From Clostridium sp. CAG:433 (lineage in GTDB: Bacteria; Bacillota_I; Bacilli_A; RF39; UBA660), in the NCBI GenBank assembly GCA_000433675.1, contig FR893565.1, positions 55-64,054 of the forward strand: a stretch of DNA of 64,000 nucleotides, written 5' to 3'. Of this stretch, positions 11,001 through 20,000 are shown piece by piece. The notes beneath the pieces are model-generated. The model ran no database searches and was not told the DNA's origin. It saw only the letters and a program-made list of their open reading frames with translations. Within the stretch, counting starts at the first letter, position 1. Every line of letters begins with the position of its first letter. A program made the position numbers and the translations under genes.

Positions 11001-14000
11001 GTAATATTATTTGCTGTAAATGTAGAACTATTTGTTATTGGTCCAGTAATATTATCATTTTCAGAAACAAGTATACCATTATTAGTTAATGCATCACTAC
11101 TTCTAATTTGTGAATTTGAAATATTTATAGTACCATTATTTGTTATTGACTTACCACTAGTGTTTATTTTTATAGAATCAACTGTTGCTGTTCCTGAGTT
11201 AAATATTACACTATTTGATGATGTTTTACCATAAGAATTGTATAAAATTGATTCTTTAATATTTAATTCACCATTTACTTTATTACTTATCATTTCACAT
11301 TCAACTGTACTTTCAATATATATTTTATTCAATTTTAATATTCCAGAATTATCGATAACATTACTTCCACCAGTATTATATATACCGCCATCATCAATTG
11401 ATGGTGTTGTTTCATTATAATTACTATTTGTTATTGTTAACTCTCCTAAATTTGAAAGGAATAAAGCATTATTTTCATTTATTTTATAACCATTTACATC
11501 TATAGTAACATTTAATCCTTCTGGAACTACAGTTGCTTCAGCACTAGCAAGCGTTGAAATTTCACTTATTACTTGTATAGTATTACCATCTGTTGCTTCA
11601 TCTATAGCCTTTTGTAAAGTACTATATTCTTTTTCAGTATCAACGTTTCTTGCAACCATTGTTTCTTTTTCATCTTTATGTAAATATTTTGAATTATCTA
11701 CTTGAATTACAGTATATTCATCTTCAGTGTCATACACATTTCCATCAATTGGTGTTGTACCTGTGAATATTCCATCGTAGAACTTAAATACCGTTTTTGA
11801 ACCAGTTTTTATACCCGCAGTTGTACCTGTTATTTCAGGATTAGAAATTGATACATTTAAACTTCCATCATCGTTAGTATCACCTTTAATACCGAAAGTT
11901 ATAGTATTTTCACTAGTATTTCGTATTGCAATTCCATCTGCAGATGTATATGTTCCACTAATTATATTAACATCACCAGTTGTAGTAGAATAAATTGCGC
12001 TATTTCCTGAACTACTAACATTTGAACCAGTTACTGTTATATTTGCCGTTCCCGTTAATTGGAATGGTACACAAGCAGCAACATATTTACCACCATTTAC
12101 TATAACATTTCCTTTTTTAAAGTTTAAAATACCATATGTTGATGTTACCATTGATGTTGATGTTATATTATTATTATTAAATATTGCACTATTACCATTA
12201 TTAGTAAAGACATTATAATTATTAGTACTAAATACATTATTAGTAAACTCAATAGAATTATCATTTGTTCCAATATATTTTAATGAAGAATTTAAGTCAT
12301 GAATTTTTGCAATTCCTGAATTATAAATCAAATTATTTGCTTCACTATAATTACCACCAGAAACATCAACATTTCCATTTGCACTTGTTTTTATGGCATA
12401 TGATGTTTTAAAAGTTCCTCCTGTAATATTAGTTATTCCATCAGAATAAACTGCAATATACCCTACTTCAAAATTTCCATCATTTATGTTTGTTGTTGCA
12501 TCGCTAGAAGTATATATAATATTATCTGTATCATTACTAATATTTCTTATAGAGAATGTACCACCAGAAACATTTAGTTTAGAATTATTAGTTATAAATC
12601 TCATTGGCTTACTTGTTTTATAATTACCACTGAAATTATGAACAATTGAACCAGAATTGAAATTCATATTACCATTGTTTATAAATGTATTTATATTGCT
12701 ATAATAACATTTTAAATTAATTCCATTATTTTCCAATGTTCCATTATTTTCTAATAAACTTTCTCCATAAACTCTACTAATTTCTGAAGAAGAATCAGAC
12801 GTTTTCAATTTTAATGTTCCATTATTTACAATCAATGGATTTTGTTTTTTATAATATACTATTTTTTTGTCATCTAAATTTAATTCTATATTTTTATTAG
12901 AATCAACTGTAGAATTCAAAACCGTATATATATCTTTTATTATTTTTATTTTTGTTTGATTGTTATCGCCATTAACGTTTTCTATTGCTTCACTTAATGT
13001 TTTATATTTAGTTTCTCCAATTTGAGCAACATAATCTTTATCAATTATTTTATTTAATGATATTTTATTTATGTCATTAGTATTTGAATAGTCAACATCA
13101 TAACCATTAGGAACTAAATTTATTGAAGTATTTATTACTTCTTCATTATCACTTATAAGAGTTCCATCATAATAATTTACAATTGACTCATTAATAGTTT
13201 CAATACTATAGTCAATAGTGTCAATAATAATATTATCACTACTAACAGTTTCATCATCACTTCCAAGATTAATAGTTGAACCTTTTCCATAAATTCCTTT
13301 TTTGTAATTTAAAATTTTAAATCCATCATTTAAATTTAGTGTTCCTTCATTTGTTACTGCTGTAAGATTACTTTTTGTTGATGTCATGGTAGTATTTTCC
13401 GCTGTAAGTATACCTAAATTTTGAATTGTTCCATCAGCAAATTGTGTATTATTTATATTTGCATTTCCTCTATTTGATAAAATACCATTAATTTTAGAAT
13501 TATTATATTTAAACTCTCCATCAGCGTAATTAGTTATATTCATTGCAGTTACATTTTCTTCTATAGTCATATTTTTAGAGTTTTCAATTTTTGTATTAAC
13601 CATATCCATATTTTTCATTGTAACTGTACTATTTGAGTTTTCAAACAAGGACATTGATTGAATAATTACATTATCCATATTTAATGTACATGAATTGAAA
13701 TCAATACTATTTATAGTTGAATCTTTTATATCTATAGTACTACTACCATTATATATATCTCCTAGTGTAGAATTATTAATTTCTACTTTTTTATTTGTAT
13801 TTGAGCTAACGGTTCCTTCAATATAACTATTATTAATCTTAATATCCTTTTTACCCATAGAATACGAATTTTTTATTCCATTATCTATCGCTTGTGAACC
13901 GTATATATTTGAATTATTTATTTCAAGCATTCCTTTTTCACTTAATTTAAACGCATAAGAGCTAGTTGATGATGGTACAATAATTGATGAATTATTTATA

Positions 14001-17000
14001 GTTAACTTATAAATAGATGAATCTATTATTGCAGATGAATAATTATAATCCCTTATGATAACATTGTCTAATGTTAAGTCTGAATTACTTTGATTATATA
14101 TAGAACCACCAACAAATGTATAACCTTTAATATTATTTTTCTTAATACTTTTTGTATATAATGAATAATTACTTGTTGATGCAATTGTTCCAGAACCTTC
14201 TACAATTTCACCTGTTTCTCTGTTATTAACACCATAAGCATATGCTCGAACATATCCTCCATTACCTATGCTCAATTTTCCATAATTATCTACGCCTGAA
14301 GATGAAGTTGAATTATCCTTTGTATAAACTAATGTTTTTTCAACACTCAAATATGCACCTTCATTATTTTTTATAGCACTACTTGCAGAACTATAAATTG
14401 ATGAAACATAATCACTATCAGATAAAGTTGGTATATCAATTTTCGAATTAATTTCGTTTATCCTTAAACTTATTTGTGTTCTTGGTAGACATATTTTTAA
14501 ATAATATTCTCCGATTTTCGTTGGTTTTAACTCGAAATTAAATGTTTGAGCTGCTGTTGACGTTCTAACAAATCTTTTTTGAACATCAAAACTAGATTCA
14601 TTTACATTTTTATCACTACTCAAACCAATAGTTACATAACCAAATGAACTAGATGCTTTAGGGAGTGTTATCGTTCCTACTATAGATTTATATTTACTGT
14701 CAAAATTTATTTTATAATTTGAAAAAGTTGAATTCATATATGTTTCTCTAGAACTAATACTTATATTTCCATAACTAAATGAATTATAACTACACTTTTT
14801 CGTACTTGTTGAGTTGTTGCAAAAGATTGAAAAATCAGATGTATCATATTTTACAGTTTTAAAATCAGATATTTGACTATTAAAATCTTCTATACGATTA
14901 GCATAAGTTGGAACATATTTAGAATCTGTTACTTTTAAACTACCGTTATTTGTAATAACTGGATCTGAAGATGTTGTTGTCAAAGTGTGACCATTTAAAT
15001 CTAACTCAACACTTTTAGTACTTTCAATCTGCAATGAATTACTTATATTTAAATCCTTTATCAATTGAACAGTATCAACTTCTTTATTTAATGTAGTAGT
15101 AACACCATCATATCTTATGTAATCATTAGTCTTATCATCGTCATTTAAATATGTAATACCAATTTCAAAACTATCTGCATTCGTGTCTGATACTGGAAGA
15201 TTTCCATCTTTTTCATAAGCAAATTGTAAATAATATATATTACCCTTTTCCAAAACTTTTGAAATTGTACCAGAAGAAGACTTATTACTTGTAACAAGTA
15301 AACTATCTTTCGAATAACTTGAGCTATTATTATAATTTATCTTTGTTAAATCATTTTTCATTAAATTAATGAATCCCATAGAATAGTTATCATTTTTAGA
15401 AATATTATAATTTATATCTATTGGCATATCACTAGTAGCATTTGTTAAATCTATTTTTATATATGATATTGCTGTTGTATTTGCAATTCCTTTATTTTCA
15501 TTAGTAAATACACCTTTTTCGCTATTATAAGTAAATCCATATGCTGGTTCATTTTTTACATAAATATAATCTAATGTCTCATCCTCATCATTTATTTCTG
15601 TTTCTTCTTCTTTAACATCTTCTTTTATTAAATCAGGAACAAGTCCATAATATAATGTTGTATTTTCTTCTTCACCAAGTTCTATATTAAATGGATCATT
15701 TTGTGTACCACTACCAGATGTTATTTTTACTTTAGGATTTAAATAAACTGTTGGTTTTAAAACATAATAATTGTTTGCTGCTGGCATAGTATATAGAGCT
15801 GTTATCATTGCTGCCGTGAATGATGGGAATGATGCACCATAAATTGGACTCATTGTCATAAGTGGTGATGAAAGGTTTACACCCATCCAGTTATTATTTG
15901 ATGAACAATCACCATATACATTAGAATTTGAACTCATACACTTGCTTCTGTCATTTCCTGAACCATCGCCTGAAGCCATTATATAATCGCTAGGATATGG
16001 AAGACCAACCTTACCAAACCATGTTGTTGTTCTATCAACTAAATCAGTTGTTGGATAACTCGAGGAATCAAAATCTGTTTTTCCGTTTTTATCCCCTCTT
16101 TCATATGTATACATCTGATATGGAGTTAAATTTTGAGTATCATTTGAAATTGCTCCTGTATTCCATAAAACTGAATCAATCATTGATTTTGCACTATCAT
16201 TCAAGCCAATAGATGTAAAATCACAGAATGTAGTTGAAAGGCCTCCAGAATTCAAACATTTTCCACTTTTCTTATTCCAATACAAACTATTATTAGTAAC
16301 AATTTCAGAACCTGAATCGTGAAGAACTTTATTATTTTCATAACCTGGATTTAATAACTTCATTACAGCTGCTTGTGACCATTCATTAACTCCATATCCG
16401 TTATTTACTTTTGAACTACTTGAATCCCAAACAATATTGCTTCCAATAGAATCATTTCTAACTAGCTTTACTCTTTTTGCATAATTTCCATCAGCATCGG
16501 TTGTATTAAATATTCCTATTACTCTCCATAACTCGTTATTAAATTTAACATAATTTTTAGTATCTTTACCAATAAACCTAAAATTTGAATCTGCTGTTCC
16601 ATCATCTGTTACATATGGAAGATTAGACTTATTACTATCATCAATTGTTCCTTTTAAATGAGGTAATGTACCAATATTTATAATATTATCAGTCACAGGA
16701 ATAAGTGAAATGTTTTTTATATATGGATGTGGTTTACCTTCGGGATTGTAACTTGCAAAATGCACATAATACACGCTTCCTTTTGGAAGAACATATTTAT
16801 AATCACGGAAATCATAATAATTACTATTACCATTTATGTAATAGCTGTAATTTGAAAAAAATGACAACAATGTATTATTCATATTATTAATAATAAGTTC
16901 TTTTTTAGAATCTTTATTATTACTTGTTATATATATACTTGAATAACTATTCAATGCTAAATTAAAATCTATTATTTTATCCGTTTTTGACTCTGTTAAA

Positions 17001-20000
17001 TCAATCTTAACATATGAATCAAATTTTTCACCATAAGGTGCATTACTTGAAATTGAATATCGATCATATGAAGAATCATAACTATCAATTCCATAATAAT
17101 TTGTTCTTAAACTTGTAGATAAATCTATATTTTCTTTATCTCCTATACCTACCACATCTATTGAATTAATTATAAATTGATCTTTTGAATTATTATATGT
17201 ATAATCTGGCTCTGAATAATTATCATATCCTTTAAAATAATAAAATTGAAGATAATATTTTTTACCTTTTTTCAATGTTTGTGAATAATTGTATGGGCCA
17301 ATATTATGTTGTGAACTACTATTGACATACATATAACCTAATGCACTATAAGAAGCACTTGATAATTTAGAATTGTCCTCATTTATTACTATATTTCCGT
17401 AATTCCCATAATATAATGTATCTAGCGATGCATTAATTATTACTTCTTTATCTTCTGTTTCGTTTGTTAAATCAACTTCTATATATGAAAATGCTGTGGT
17501 ATTTTGCATATATTGATTATTAGATTTTAATGTTCTTGTTGTTTTGTCATATTCAAAACCGTATGAACTCGATATAGTTTCAAATTCAGTATTTTCATCC
17601 ACATCATATTTATTTATTTTTTGGAAAAACATGTCATAAATTGTAACCATATTTGTTTCATTTTGAGAATATGTAGTATAATCCAATCTTATATAATATT
17701 TCTTACCTTTAGTTAAATAAAATTTATAATTATCTCTCTTAGTAGTATCGTCTGTAGTTTTCGTTTGAGATATATTATTACCATAAGCATCATTTTCTCT
17801 TACAATTACTTCAAAGTTTCCATAATAAGTATCAATAGCATCACTTGAAATAAATAAATACTGATCATTCTCATATCCTGTTAAATCTATTACAGTATAT
17901 GCTTTTACACTTTTACCTGGCTCTGATGATAGTGTATTTGTTTCACTATCGTAAGTAAATCCAGTATCATCAACATTACTAAATCCTTGCATTAGATTAG
18001 TATTTGTTGTCGTAGGTTCAGACAATGTTCCGCTATTTGTATCTTCAACAGCTTTATCTATTTTAGTATAATAAACACCAGTTCTAACTATTCTTGCTTC
18101 TGCATCTTCTAGTATCTTTAATGTTGCGACTTGTCTATTATCACTTGTTACTACACTTGCATTATATAGATATGGTTTATCATTTACTTCACCTTCTATT
18201 GCAATGTTTCCTGCAATCATTCCATCGTAGAAATTAAATCTTCCTTTTGTATTTTTATCTATATATTCATTTACAACACCAAATGTTCCACCATTTATAT
18301 ATGGTTTTGTTGTTGATACTACTAATTCATCTTCTAATTCACCTAGTGTTAGTACACCTGTTGTTTCATTTTTTAATGCTACTCCTGCATTATTTACTAT
18401 ACTTCCTGCTTCTTCAGCATTATCTTTTATTATTAAATTTCCACCATTATTTATTGTATATGTATCTTTTACTCCTGTTATTGTTTTTCCATTTATATTA
18501 AGAGTTATATCTTGTCCTTCTAATACTTCTACACTTTCTTTTGTATCTGTTACCATTTCTATTGTGCATTGGTTACTTGGACATGCTTTTATCGCTCTTT
18601 CAAGTGAGCTAAAGTTTTCATATAAATTTTCATCTTCAAATAGTTTATTTTCTCTTCCAATTATTCTTGCAACTATTTTTTCTTCAGTTTTAACTGTTAT
18701 TTCTTTTGCTTCACTTAAGTTTCCAGCAACATCTTCTGCTATTACTTTTATTTTATAATCATTTCCTGATATTAAATCATTAAATGTATATGTACTATTT
18801 TTTTCTTCATTATAGTTCTCAGTATATACTATTGTTGTTTCTAATAAATCATCTTTATATATATGTATTTGTTTCATTCCTGATTCATTATCTATTGTAC
18901 TTACATTTATATCAAAACTTGTTCCTGATACATTTGTTTCATTTAATGAATTTATTATTGGTTTTATTTTATCTATATTTGTTATGTCATGTGATTCTGT
19001 TATACTATCTACATTTTCTTTTACCGATTTTGCTACTACTGTGCAGTTATAATCTATATCAAATGGTCCTGTATATTCTTTATATTCTCCTGTGTCTATT
19101 TTATATAGATATTTATAATCTTCATGACTTGATGTTATTGTTACTGTTACTTTATTGTTTGTCCACTCTGTTGGCACATGGCTTATACTTGGTTTTTCTA
19201 TTTCTTCATATGAACTACGCAATATCATATTATCTATTACTGGTAAATTAAAGTCATATTCTTTATCATTTAATGTCCATGTTTTAAACAAATTATGTTC
19301 TTTTGTTGGATTCTCACTTGGTTTAGTTGCCTTTAATCCATATTTAACTTGTTCTTGTTTAAATAAGTTATCTCCATCCATGAACTTAACTGTATATTCA
19401 TTTGCTTCATATACAGAATAAAGTGTTGTATCTTTTGTTATTTTTGTACTAAAGTCATAGGCTGTACCATTTTCTCCTAGTGACCAATATTTAAATGTGT
19501 GTCCAACTTTACTTGGATCTGTTTCTGGTTTTATAGCGGCTTTATTATATTCTATAGTTTCATCTTCTATATATTTAGTGCCATTATCTATAAATGATAC
19601 TTTATAATTATTTACACTATATACTGAGTAAAGTGTTATATCTTTTGTTATTTTTGCATTAAAGTCATAGGCTACACCATTTTCTTCTAGTGACCAATAT
19701 TTAAATGTATGTCCTTCCTTACTTGGATCTGTTTCTGGTTTTAATGCGACTTTATTATATTCTATAGTTTCATCTTCTATATATTTAGTGCCATTATCTA
19801 CAAATGATACTTTATAACTATTTACACTATATACTGAGTAAAGTGTTGTATCTTTTGTTATCTTTGTATTAAAGTCATATGCTACACCATTTTCATCTAG
19901 TGACCAATATTTAAATGTATAACCTTCTTTTATTGGATCAGTCTCTGGTTTTACTGCAATTTTATTATATTTAACTTTTTGTGTATCACCATATGCATTA

